From a virus, in IMG/VR virus record IMGVR_UViG_3300037478_000708, positions 32,001 to 96,000 of that record: a stretch of DNA of 64,000 bases. One strand, given 5' to 3'. The translations under genes were made by a program, and so were the position numbers. A model generated the notes under the pieces. It did not search any database. It was not told the origin of the DNA and saw only the letters and a program-made list of their open reading frames with translations. Of the stretch, positions 27,589 through 36,750 are shown one piece after another. The first letter of the stretch is position 1. Every line of letters begins with the position of its first letter.

Positions 27589-28230
27589 ATGGCACAAACC
27601 GGTCTGCCTCCGTACGTCCCCACGAAGTTCCTGCACGAGACGACCTTCCCCAAGGCGTTCGGGCGGGATCTTCAGATGCAGATTCGTCTGATCGAGGAGC
27701 GCTGGCGGCGCTTCTACCTGCTGCTCGACTACTACCCGCTGCTCCAGATGACCGGCATCGCGTCCACGCCCGATGCCCGTACGGCCGGCATCCCCGCGCC
27801 GATCGCACCTGTCGATCCTGCCGGCGGTGGATTCGATCCTCTCTGGGGCGAGTCGGTCGATCGTGACATGGCCGACGCGGGTCAGTGGGATCAGCCGCAT
27901 CTCTCAGGCGGAGCGCTCGACGCGACGACCGAAGCGGAGGGCTTCGCGGCGCCCGTGCAGCTTCACTTTCAGGTGCAGGGTGTCGCAACGCCAGGAGACA
28001 AGAAGCGCCTCCAAGAAGCGTACGGCTTCGACGACGTGCGCGACGTCGTGCTCGTGACGCCTGCGACCTTCTTCGACGCGATCGGGTTGCGCGCGAAGGA
28101 GGGGGACAAGTTCGTCTTCGACGGCGAGGAGTACGTCGTCATCGAAGACCGCGGCGCGGGGCGCTGGAAGAACACCAACATTCGGCTCTATCGCGCGCTC
28201 AACGCGGAGCACAAGCGTCTGGGAAGCTGA
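27589..28230 (+). CDS. Neck / head-closure protein (gp14-like)
   Basis: FDPLWGES...YGFD...KEGDKFVF; synteny. Confidence 0.65.
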   Translation: MAQTGLPPYVPTKFLHETTFPKAFGRDLQMQIRLIEERWRRFYLLLDYYPLLQMTGIASTPDARTAGIPAPIAPVDPAGGGFDPLWGESVDRDMADAGQWDQPHLSGGALDATTEAEGFAAPVQLHFQVQGVATPGDKKRLQEAYGFDDVRDVVLVTPATFFDAIGLRAKEGDKFVFDGEEYVVIEDRGAGRWKNTNIRLYRALNAEHKRLGS

Positions 28231-28237
28231 AACGAAC

Positions 28238-28417
28238 ATGGCCAACCGAACCATTCGTCTGCTACAGAAGATCGCGTCGTCTACGCGCCTGACGGTCGCG
28301 TCGCTCTCGAACGAGGTGTCGTTCCTGCGCAACGAGGGCTTGTCGGCCCGCGAGATCGAAGCAGAGCTGCGCGACAAGTACCTCGACGGACCGCGCGCGA
28401 TTCACTATCGGTCGTGA
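28238..28417 (+). CDS. Hypothetical protein (59 aa)
   Basis: MANRTIRLLQKI...AIHYRS* fills the gap between neighbours. Confidence 0.5.
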   Translation: MANRTIRLLQKIASSTRLTVASLSNEVSFLRNEGLSAREIEAELRDKYLDGPRAIHYRS

Positions 28418-28421
28418 GTCC

Positions 28422-28877
28422 ATGCCTTCCACGATCAGCTCAGCGCGCCTTTTCCGAGGTCGCACGATCAAGATCCACTCGGTCAACCGGGTCGAGGTCA
28501 TGCTGGATCTCGACTTCGACACGCTGCGCAACAAGACGTTCGCGCTGCCCGAGCTGGAGTTCGACGCGGCCGAGCTGAGCGAAGATGCGCTGAGCCGCGC
28601 GCAGCACTGCCTCGTCGTGCTGCTCGGAGGCAAGCGCGTGTTGGTCGAGCCGCCGATCGCGCTTCGGGATCAGTGGGGTGCGCGGGTCGACCTCAGCGCT
28701 CGGATCTATCTTCTCGGACGCGTTCACGGTCGGCCGATCGGGTACACGGTCGGGCTGCCGGAGCACCCGGACCCCGCGCTCGAGGTGTCGCCCTTCTACA
28801 ACTGGATTGCGTCACGTGGATTCGACGTGGCCGACGTGAAGGCCGTCCTGAACGGCGGAAGGGGCCCGCGTGGCTGA
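28422..28877 (+). CDS. Thermonuclease (SNase)-like protein, apparently degenerate
   Basis: IKIHSVNRVEVMLDLDFDTLRNKTFALPEL aligns by eye with VVDGDTxDxxIDLGFxxxxxxRxRLxGI but lacks DGDT. Confidence 0.4.
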   Translation: MPSTISSARLFRGRTIKIHSVNRVEVMLDLDFDTLRNKTFALPELEFDAAELSEDALSRAQHCLVVLLGGKRVLVEPPIALRDQWGARVDLSARIYLLGRVHGRPIGYTVGLPEHPDPALEVSPFYNWIASRGFDVADVKAVLNGGRGPRG

Positions 28878-30537
28878 TCGACCCGGACACTCGTTCGAGG
28901 ACACGCTGCGCCTGCACGACGCCGCGTTCTATTCGTTCTGGGACGCGCTTCACGTGGACTACGGGAACCTGGGCCTCGGGCTCGGAGACAACCTCGAGAG
29001 TCCGTTCGCTCCGATCGACCGCAACGACTTCCCTATCCTGCGCGTCTTCGCCTCCCCTCAGCGCGCGGTTGCGCGCGTCGTGGACACGCTCATGCACACG
29101 GGCTGGCTCGCCGGTGCCGACGCCGCCGCGCAGGCCGCGAGCGCGGTGGTGCTGCGGGAGAAGGCGATGGAGGACTTCGCGATCCTCCCCCTGCCCCTGC
29201 TCACGATCTTCCGCGACGATCCGGTCGACCGGCCGGAGGACCAGGGCATCCCGAAGGTCTTCCGCAAGCAGTGCTTCGACGAGTCCACGGGCTCCTATCA
29301 GACGCAGCGTTGGCCGGGGGCGTGGGACATTCCCTACCGCGTGACGTGCTGGACGATCAAGCGCTACACGCTGGAGTTCATCCGCGAGTGGTTGATGTCG
29401 CAGATCGGCAAGCCCGGCGTCAGCGGAGGCGAGGTGCTCATCCCGGTGGACCACGGTGCTCCGTGGGGCGTCATCCGCCAGACGCTCACGCTCGACGGCA
29501 TGGGAGATCAGAGCGCTCTGGAGGGAGACGCGGACGCGCGCATGATCCGCTCGGAGTTCTCGTTTCGGCTCAAGGGCTGGCACTTCCAGCGACCGCTCCC
29601 CGTGAAGGGTGTCGATCCGTCGCTCCCGGGCGCGAGCACGGGGCAGGTGCCCGCGATCCAAGACCTGAACTTTCAGGAGACCGTCTTCCTGCCCGGTGCG
29701 GCGCTGGGTATCGAACTGGATCCGCTCGACTTCGGTGGGGACCCGGCTCTCGTCCCGCCGAAGCCCGTCGGGCTGAACATGTTCTCGTTCTTCATCGACA
29801 CCTCGCTCATCCCGACGCATTGGCCGAAGCTCGGGAACGCGAGCGTGCGCAGGGGCAACATCTCGCCGAGTGGCAAGAAGCCGGTGCCGACGCTGCGCAT
29901 CGAGGTGCAGGACCCGACGGACGAGGTGCTCGTTTCCAACCGCACCGTGCCGCTCGACGCGGACGCCTTGGCCATCCTGACGATGATCTGGGACTACAAG
30001 GCGACCGACGCGACGCAGCTTCTCGTTGCGCACAAGCCGCCGGGAAGCGGTCAGCCGTTCGCGAGCGGCTACGTGCAGGATCTTCCTGCCGCCGTTTCGT
30101 GGACGCACGGACAGGTCTTCGCGCTCATCGACGAGCCCGTCTACTCCGTCTCCGTCGCCGGCACGGGCACGGCCGCGCCGGCCAAGCTGGACCTCTCGCA
30201 GATCGATCTGCGCCACGTGCGCTCGCCCGCGACGAAGACGTTGCCGGACACCTCGGTCCCCGGGGGCGGGCAGACGGTGCACACGTTTGGAACCGGGACG
30301 CCGCTCGAGGACCGACCGCACCTCGCCGTCGTGGTGTTCACCGGCACGCCGGCCGCCGATACGATCGACGTCAACGGCGAGCTGTATGCGGTGGACCCCG
30401 CGGAGCGGACGGTGGGGCTGGTTGCGATCTTCACGCCGTCCGGCGGCGTGGCGACGGTCACGGTGCCGGACACGATCCCTGCGCTGAGCGTCTACGTGCA
30501 GCGCTACAGGGGCCCCTGGAACGGGACGGAGGTCTGA
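28870..30537 (+). CDS. Tail terminator (gp15-like) with long C-terminal beta-rich extension
   Basis: FASPQRA, LPLPLLTIFR, WDIPYRVTCWT, RSEFSFRLKGW; upstream of the sheath. Confidence 0.65.
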   Translation: MADRPGHSFEDTLRLHDAAFYSFWDALHVDYGNLGLGLGDNLESPFAPIDRNDFPILRVFASPQRAVARVVDTLMHTGWLAGADAAAQAASAVVLREKAMEDFAILPLPLLTIFRDDPVDRPEDQGIPKVFRKQCFDESTGSYQTQRWPGAWDIPYRVTCWTIKRYTLEFIREWLMSQIGKPGVSGGEVLIPVDHGAPWGVIRQTLTLDGMGDQSALEGDADARMIRSEFSFRLKGWHFQRPLPVKGVDPSLPGASTGQVPAIQDLNFQETVFLPGAALGIELDPLDFGGDPALVPPKPVGLNMFSFFIDTSLIPTHWPKLGNASVRRGNISPSGKKPVPTLRIEVQDPTDEVLVSNRTVPLDADALAILTMIWDYKATDATQLLVAHKPPGSGQPFASGYVQDLPAAVSWTHGQVFALIDEPVYSVSVAGTGTAAPAKLDLSQIDLRHVRSPATKTLPDTSVPGGGQTVHTFGTGTPLEDRPHLAVVVFTGTPAADTIDVNGELYAVDPAERTVGLVAIFTPSGGVATVTVPDTIPALSVYVQRYRGPWNGTEV

Positions 30538-30839
30538 TGACCAATCGCAAGCGCTGCATCTGCCTCGGGCGCTCGGTCAACGAGCTGCTCGCGGCCTGGT
30601 ACGGCCGCGCCCGCAAGCGCATCGCGGCCGGCGTCGTGAACGGGCAGCCCCCGCCGGACATGAACGAGCTGCGTCTGACGGTCACGCTCATCCGCGCGCT
30701 GTCGGAGGGCCGCGAGAAGGGCCCGTTCCAGGCGCGCTTCCGCAGCCTGGATCACCACCTCGTCGATTGTCCCTGCTCCCCGAGCTATCGGACGCCGACG
30801 GCGGCTGTAGACACGGCCCCATCCGGCCACCTAGACTGA
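30537..30839 (+). CDS. Hypothetical protein
   Basis: Coupled TGATG start. Confidence 0.45.
   Translation: MTNRKRCICLGRSVNELLAAWYGRARKRIAAGVVNGQPPPDMNELRLTVTLIRALSEGREKGPFQARFRSLDHHLVDCPCSPSYRTPTAAVDTAPSGHLD
30808..30837 (+). promoter_or_regulatory. Putative promoter for the sheath/tube operon
   Basis: TAGACA-N18-TAGACT. Confidence 0.6.
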
Positions 30840-30844
30840 CGCCC

Positions 30845-31177
30845 ATGACCGAGGATCAGGTCAACCCCGTCGACGAGGAGGGTGACGCGAGCCGTTCGCG
30901 CCACCGTCGCCGCCGATCAGCGCCTTCGGGACTCACGCCTTCTATGTCGCAACGACCGCAACGACCGGTTCCGCGTCCAGCCCCGACGGTTCGTACCCTT
31001 ACGCTTCGCAACCGGAGCGCGACCCTCATTCAGGTTCCCGTCCTCAACGACGACGGTTCCAAGCGGAACATCCGGCTCGGCAAGGGCCAGACCGCGCAGG
31101 TGCTTGAGGACCGGCTGACTGACCATGCCATGCGTCTCGTCAGTCTCGGTCGCATCTCCATCCGTCCGATTCGGTAA
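30845..31177 (+). CDS. Small hypothetical protein preceding the sheath
   Basis: LTLRNRSATLIQVPV...LVSLGRISI; start uncertain. Confidence 0.55.
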   Translation: MTEDQVNPVDEEGDASRSRHRRRRSAPSGLTPSMSQRPQRPVPRPAPTVRTLTLRNRSATLIQVPVLNDDGSKRNIRLGKGQTAQVLEDRLTDHAMRLVSLGRISIRPIR

Positions 31178-31195
31178 GGCCCACGAGGAAACGAC

Positions 31196-33805
31196 ATGGC
31201 ACAGAGCCCCGGAATCATCACTAGCGAACTTCAGTTCGTTCCGACGACCCCGACGCTTGGCTTGACCCTGCCCGTGATCGTCGGGGGGGCGACGAAAGGT
31301 CCGGTCGGAGTGCCGCTCTTGCTGCACAGCGAGACGGACATGATCCGGGAGTTCGGCTCGCCGCTCGCAGACGACTTCGGCCTGCTCTCCGCGGTGGAGT
31401 ACCTGAAGCAGGGGACGCAGTTCTTCTACCTGCGCGTCGCCGATCCGGACGTGGTGGAGACCGCGACCGTCAGCGTGGCGGGGCCGGAAGGTCTTGCCTC
31501 CACGGGCTCCGTGGCGCTGTCGGGTCAGCCGGACGACGGCGACAACATCGTCATCTCCGACGGCACGCTCGCGATCACGTTCGAGTTCGACATCGCGCAG
31601 GCGGCCACGGGCTCGCTCGTCTTCTCCGGCGGCGTTCCGGTGGACGCAGAAACGATCGTGCTGGAGGACGGGACCAACCCGGCCGTGACGTTCGAGTTCG
31701 ATGACGCCGCCTTCGCTACCGGTGAACTGATCCTCGCCGGTCAGCCCACCGACGGCGATACCTGGCGCATCTCCGACGGTCTGGTCATCGTCGACTTTGA
31801 GTTCGACAACGACGCGTCGGTCGTGGAGACGCCGACGCTGCGGCAGGTCGTCATCGGCGCGACGCTGAACGACACGCTCACGAACCTGCTGAACGCGATC
31901 AATGCCGGGACCTTCACGTTCGGCATTACCGCCTCGAACGTGCAGGCCGACCGCATCGATCTGACGAACGACGTGCTCGGCGTCGCCGGCAACGTGGCCA
32001 TCGTCGAGCAGGTCAACGTCTCGACCTTCCTCAGCTCGACGGGCATGGCCGGCGGCGACGATCTGGTCGCGGCTGGGTCCAACGTCGCGGTGCAGATCGG
32101 CACCACGGCCGAGGAGACCCTCGACAACTTCCTCGCGGCGCTTACCAGCCTGGGCGTCTCGACGCTGAACATCAGCGGCACCAAGGTCGGCACCGACACG
32201 ATCGACCTCGTGAACGGTTCGGTCGGCACGGCGGGCAACATCGCGATCGTGAACGGTGCGACCAACGTCGCCGAGACCGGCATGGCCGGCGGCAGCGACG
32301 CGGGCGTCACGCCCGGCGCCGTCGCCGTGGCCGTCGGCTCAACCACGGCCGTCACCGTCGAGAACCTGCGGCAGGCGATCAACAACCAGACCTTCGACGT
32401 CACCGCGCTCGCCGGTACGGGCACGATCGCGCAGCTCACGAACACCGTGGCCAACGGCGCGACCGGCAACGTGCCCATTACGGGTACCGACGGCGCCGGT
32501 GTGCAGACGCTCGCGGGCATGGCCGGAGGCACCGCTGCGGGCGTGGTCGCGGGCATGACCATCAGCGCGATCACCCCGGGCACCTGGGGCAACTCCGTGC
32601 AGGTCGTCGTGCGCCCCACGCAGATCTCGGGCGGCACGGGCTTCGACCTCGACATCATCGCCCCGGTGGGGACCTCCGGCGCGCTGCAGGTCGTCGAGAC
32701 GTTCTTCAACCTGTCCACGACGTCCACCAACGCTCGCTTCGTCGAGACCCTCGTCAACACCGGCGTCGTCAACCAGTCCAACCCGAGTCGCTACATCCGC
32801 GTGGAGGTCGTCGTCGATCAGGCGCCCGTGGCGGGCACCTACCTGCTCGGCACGACGGTCGCGGGCGTGGACGGTATCACCACCCTGGACGACGCCGACT
32901 ACATCGGGACCGCGACGGGAACGCAGGCGACCGGCCTCCAGGCGCTCCGCAACTCGGAGTCGGTGGCCTTCAACCTGCTCGCGATCCCCGGCGTCTCGAG
33001 TGCGGCCGTGATCGCCGAGGCGATCGACGTCTGCGAGTCCCGGCAGGACGCGCTCCTCATCATCGACCCGCCGGCCGACATGACCGTGCAACAGGCCGCG
33101 GACTGGCACAACGGCGTCTCCGTGCTGCCTTCCTCGCCGACCGCGCAGATCGACACGTCCTACGCCTGCGTCTACTGGAGCTGGCCGACCACCGCGAGCG
33201 AGTACCTCCAGACCGTCGTCAAGCTCCCCCCGAGCGGCTTCGTGCTGGCTCAGATGGCGCTCACCGACCGGCAGGTCGGGCACTCCTGGCGGGCCGTCGC
33301 GGGTGCGCAGCGCGGCAAGATCGACGCGCTGTCGGTCGAATACTCGCCGAACCTGGCCGAGCGCAACCTGCTTCTCGGCGGCACGAACGCGGTCAACCCG
33401 ATCGTGACGTTCATCGACTCGGGCATCCAGCTCTACGGCAACGAGACGCTCCAGCGGACGCCCGGTCCGACCGACTCGATCCACATCCGCCGCGGCGTGA
33501 TCGAGCTGAAGCGCAACGCCGTCACGGCCTGTCGGAGCATCCAGTTCGAGCCGAACGATCCGACGACCTGGCGGAACGTGGAGCTGACGGTTCAGCCGCT
33601 CCTCGACTTCCTCGTCAGCGTGCGTGGGCTCGTGCCCGGGGCCAAGGTGATCTGCAACGCGGACACGAACCCGGTCGAGCTGCAAGCGCAGAAGACGGTC
33701 AACGCGAAGATCTTCATCAAGCCGATCGGCGCCGCCGAGACGCTCGAACTCGACTTCGTGCTCGAGGCGATCGGTGCCGGCTCGCTGACCGTGGTGGCCG
33801 CGTAG
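31196..33805 (+). CDS. Contractile tail sheath protein with internal nested domains
   Basis: SPGII...GGATKGPVG...EFG, YLRV, TPGTWGN, LLAIPG, CESRQD, PPSG, AGAQRG, VNPI, IHIRR, FEPND. Confidence 0.95.
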   Translation: MAQSPGIITSELQFVPTTPTLGLTLPVIVGGATKGPVGVPLLLHSETDMIREFGSPLADDFGLLSAVEYLKQGTQFFYLRVADPDVVETATVSVAGPEGLASTGSVALSGQPDDGDNIVISDGTLAITFEFDIAQAATGSLVFSGGVPVDAETIVLEDGTNPAVTFEFDDAAFATGELILAGQPTDGDTWRISDGLVIVDFEFDNDASVVETPTLRQVVIGATLNDTLTNLLNAINAGTFTFGITASNVQADRIDLTNDVLGVAGNVAIVEQVNVSTFLSSTGMAGGDDLVAAGSNVAVQIGTTAEETLDNFLAALTSLGVSTLNISGTKVGTDTIDLVNGSVGTAGNIAIVNGATNVAETGMAGGSDAGVTPGAVAVAVGSTTAVTVENLRQAINNQTFDVTALAGTGTIAQLTNTVANGATGNVPITGTDGAGVQTLAGMAGGTAAGVVAGMTISAITPGTWGNSVQVVVRPTQISGGTGFDLDIIAPVGTSGALQVVETFFNLSTTSTNARFVETLVNTGVVNQSNPSRYIRVEVVVDQAPVAGTYLLGTTVAGVDGITTLDDADYIGTATGTQATGLQALRNSESVAFNLLAIPGVSSAAVIAEAIDVCESRQDALLIIDPPADMTVQQAADWHNGVSVLPSSPTAQIDTSYACVYWSWPTTASEYLQTVVKLPPSGFVLAQMALTDRQVGHSWRAVAGAQRGKIDALSVEYSPNLAERNLLLGGTNAVNPIVTFIDSGIQLYGNETLQRTPGPTDSIHIRRGVIELKRNAVTACRSIQFEPNDPTTWRNVELTVQPLLDFLVSVRGLVPGAKVICNADTNPVELQAQKTVNAKIFIKPIGAAETLELDFVLEAIGAGSLTVVAA

Positions 33806-33842
33806 TTCCCTCTCTGATCCAATCCACTAAGGAGCCCTTCCC

Positions 33843-34379
33843 ATGCCCCTCGACACTCTGAACGCCGACCACATCGGCCAGGTCGGAGGCGGCTTCGAGC
33901 CGCAGCGTCAGAACAACATCTTGTTCTACGTGACCGGTCTCGCCGGGAACGAGAACGACGTCATCACGCTGTCGTTCACGTCGGGTCCGCTGCCGAAGTC
34001 GACCATCACGCCCATCGAAGTCAGGTACCTGAACCAGATCCGCAAGTTCGCGGGTACCCCGACGTTCGAGGACATGCCGATGGTCTTCAACGACTACGTG
34101 GACCAGGGCACGGCGAAGGTGCTCGCGGACTGGTTCTACCTCGCGCACAACCCGCTCACGGGCAAGACCGCGCTCGCGTCGCAGTACAAGAAGAACGGGC
34201 GCATGGTCCTCTACGGTCCGAACGGCGAGTTCGACCGCGAGTGGGAGATCCAGGGCGCGTGGGTCTCCAACTACGACCCGGGCGACTCCGACCACGAGGG
34301 CGAGGACCGCGTGCGCATCAACTGCACGCTCACGATCGACAAGGCGATCTACGTGCCCTCCGGCCTGACCTCCGCCTGA
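33843..34379 (+). CDS. Tail tube protein (gp19-like)
   Basis: FEPQRQN, KFAG, YKKNG..LYGPNG...W.IQGAW; follows the sheath. Confidence 0.9.
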   Translation: MPLDTLNADHIGQVGGGFEPQRQNNILFYVTGLAGNENDVITLSFTSGPLPKSTITPIEVRYLNQIRKFAGTPTFEDMPMVFNDYVDQGTAKVLADWFYLAHNPLTGKTALASQYKKNGRMVLYGPNGEFDREWEIQGAWVSNYDPGDSDHEGEDRVRINCTLTIDKAIYVPSGLTSA

Positions 34380-34385
34380 TCTCCT

Positions 34386-34410
34386 GCCCAGTGACACGCT
34401 GTCACTGGGC
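34386..34410. repeat. Dispersed palindrome copy 5
   Basis: GCCCAGTGACA-CGC-TGTCACTGGGC just after the tube stop. Confidence 0.9.
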
Positions 34411-34462
34411 TCCGACAACTCACCCCGGGACCTCAACCTCCTGACACCGCAGGAGCCCACTC

Positions 34463-35311
34463 ATGGCCGAACTAGGTTGGATCGACTACACCCTCCCCTC
34501 TCGGGGGAGGGTCTACGGGAGCCGGCTTCCCGACGGCAAGGTGCAGATCCGCACCATGACCGCGCGCGAGCAGGCGAAGCTGAGCCAGCAAGGTGGCGGG
34601 ATCGTCGGGAAGGTGAACGCCATCGTCAACGCGTGCGTGCGTCTGCCCGAGGACTTCGGGAGCGCCAAGCAGCTCATCCTGACGGACCGCTTCTCGCTCT
34701 TGCTTGCGATCCGCACGAAGACGTTCGGGCCGGTCTACGAGTACGAGTACCGCTGCGGCGGTTGTGGCGATCAGGTCAAGTCCGTCGTCAACATCGTCGA
34801 GGACTTGGACGAGCGCACGCCCACGGACGACTTCGAGGAGCCCTTCGCAGTGCTCCTGCCCGACTCGGGGAAGACGGTGCGGCTACGCCTCCTGCGCGGC
34901 ATCGACGAGGATCAGATCGTCGCGAACGCGCGTCGGATCCAGATGCAGTCCAACGATCCCGACGATCCGTCCTACCTGATCCGGGTCGCAATGCAGCTCG
35001 TCTCCGTCGACGAGGAGGAGGAGCCGTACAAGCCGCTTCCCTTCCGTCAGCGCTTCATCGAGAACCTGTCGGCCGGAGACCTCATCGCCCTGGAGGACGC
35101 GGTGAACGACGTCGAGCCCGGGATCGACACGCGGGTCTACCCCGCGTGCCCGCGTTGCGAGTACGTCAGCGAGATCAGCATGCCCTTCGTGGCCGAGTTT
35201 TTTCGTCCGAAGCGGCGGAGTCGACCTGCCAACGCTGGAAGCGAACACGTTCTTCCTCGTGTACCACGGCAAGGGGTTCACGAAGGAGGACGTGGACAAC
35301 ATGACGATTGA
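34463..35311 (+). CDS. Baseplate hub / tail assembly chaperone (T4 gp26-like)
   Basis: LPSRGRVY, IRTMTAREQ, DRFSLLLAIR..TFG, CGGC, LPDSG, CPRC, EFFRP. Confidence 0.8.
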   Translation: MAELGWIDYTLPSRGRVYGSRLPDGKVQIRTMTAREQAKLSQQGGGIVGKVNAIVNACVRLPEDFGSAKQLILTDRFSLLLAIRTKTFGPVYEYEYRCGGCGDQVKSVVNIVEDLDERTPTDDFEEPFAVLLPDSGKTVRLRLLRGIDEDQIVANARRIQMQSNDPDDPSYLIRVAMQLVSVDEEEEPYKPLPFRQRFIENLSAGDLIALEDAVNDVEPGIDTRVYPACPRCEYVSEISMPFVAEFFRPKRRSRPANAGSEHVLPRVPRQGVHEGGRGQHDD

Positions 35312-35426
35312 TGAGCTGCTTCGCTACGCGCGGAGGCTCGCAGACCAGAAGAAGGCCGAGCAGGAAGCCTACGACGAGGCCGTGCGCAAGGCGAAGCGCA
35401 AGTCGAAGCAGCGCTCCCGCCGCTGA
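35199..35426 (+). CDS. Start-less overlapping frame; probable frameshifted extension of the chaperone
   Basis: +1 frame FFVRSGGVDLPTLEANTFFLVYHGKGFTKEDVDNMTIDE...; no ATG/GTG/TTG between the in-frame TGA 35103 and GTG 35259; overlap begins at GAG TTT TTT C. Confidence 0.6.
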   Translation, partial: FFVRSGGVDLPTLEANTFFLVYHGKGFTKEDVDNMTIDELLRYARRLADQKKAEQEAYDEAVRKAKRKSKQRSRR

Positions 35427-35436
35427 AAGCCCCGCG

Positions 35437-35465
35437 TAGACGCGTCCCTCTGGGCTTCCTACACT
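35437..35465 (+). promoter_or_regulatory. Putative promoter (TAGAC class)
   Basis: TAGACG-N17-TACACT, then GGAGGT RBS. Confidence 0.65.
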
Positions 35466-35487
35466 CGTCCCGACGCGGAGGTAACCG

Positions 35488-36744
35488 GTGGCAGCAGAGT
35501 GGAATCAAGCCTCGTTTCAGTTCGACCCGGTGGGTCTATCCCACACGTTCACGTACATCATGGACAAGATCGAGAACTTCTTGATCTTGTCCGGATGGGA
35601 ACGGCCGACCTGGGACGGCGGCGTCTTCGGCCCCGGCACCGTCGGTGCGCCCGATCCGAGTTCCACCGACGCGCGTCACTTCGTCCGTGCGGACCGGACG
35701 ACGCAGGATCGCTGGCGCTACACGGGTGACCTGCTCACGCAGCACGGCGGGATCGTGGTCTGGCACAACCCCGACCCCACGGCGGCCCCTTACGGCCCCA
35801 ACCTCGGCGGTTCCTCGAACGCGAACGAGTCGGGGGAGCAGATCGTCCTCCAGTCCTTTCTGGAGAACTCCGGCGCGACGGCAGTGCAGGTCTACACGCC
35901 GGATCATGTGGGGCTCTTCTCGACGTTCAACCGCTTCGGGTCGGTTCGCCTCGTGGTGGACAACCTCGCCGTCAACAACTACTTGCTGTACGGCGGCGAG
36001 GACGGGCTCTACATCGAGGTCGGTCGCGACAGCTCGCCGAACAACATCGGGCACGGCGCGATCATGACCTTCGGGGAGATCCCCGAGCTGCACGGCACGC
36101 GCGGCTTCGCGACGAAGTGGACGGCGCAGGGTCTCGTCTGCGACTTCCGCGGGCGCTGTCGCTTCTCGCAGAGTCGCAATGACCGCTTCGTGTCGAACGA
36201 CGGATCGAACAAGAACTTCACCGCGTCGTTGCAGCCGTACTCCCCACGCGGCACTGCGGACGTCGACTCGCTGGCTACGCTCATCGCCAACCAGCGTCCG
36301 TACTACATCGGTGCGCGCGACAACTTCTTGTCGATGGGTTACGGGAGCCCCTCGACGACGACTTCGGATTTCGGCACATCCAGCTCCGGCATCTCGTCCA
36401 AGTACGCGGCGACGCTCGGGCTCATCGACACGCCGAAGGACGATCGAATTCGGATCTCACCCCTCGTCATGATTCAGGAGGTTGCGCACGTCAACGCGGG
36501 CGTGACGAGTGCGCTCAGCTCGAACAACGTGGCTGCGGCCGGGAGTGCACTGTCGCTGATCGACATCCGCGACAAGATGCGGCAGATCTTCCGCTTCGCG
36601 GCTGCGGACCACACGCTCATCCCGTCGCTCTCCGTCGTGGACGCCGTGAGCGGCGCCACCTACCGAATCGCGCGCTTCGACGATGATGGTCGCTTCTCGC
36701 AATTCGGCGTCGAAGTTCCCACCGCCACGCTGACGCTGCCGTAG
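35488..36744 (+). CDS. Hypothetical virion protein
   Basis: GGAGGT RBS and GTG start; G/S/T-rich; in the tail module. Confidence 0.6.
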   Translation: MAAEWNQASFQFDPVGLSHTFTYIMDKIENFLILSGWERPTWDGGVFGPGTVGAPDPSSTDARHFVRADRTTQDRWRYTGDLLTQHGGIVVWHNPDPTAAPYGPNLGGSSNANESGEQIVLQSFLENSGATAVQVYTPDHVGLFSTFNRFGSVRLVVDNLAVNNYLLYGGEDGLYIEVGRDSSPNNIGHGAIMTFGEIPELHGTRGFATKWTAQGLVCDFRGRCRFSQSRNDRFVSNDGSNKNFTASLQPYSPRGTADVDSLATLIANQRPYYIGARDNFLSMGYGSPSTTTSDFGTSSSGISSKYAATLGLIDTPKDDRIRISPLVMIQEVAHVNAGVTSALSSNNVAAAGSALSLIDIRDKMRQIFRFAAADHTLIPSLSVVDAVSGATYRIARFDDDGRFSQFGVEVPTATLTLP

Positions 36745-36750
36745 GATCCC

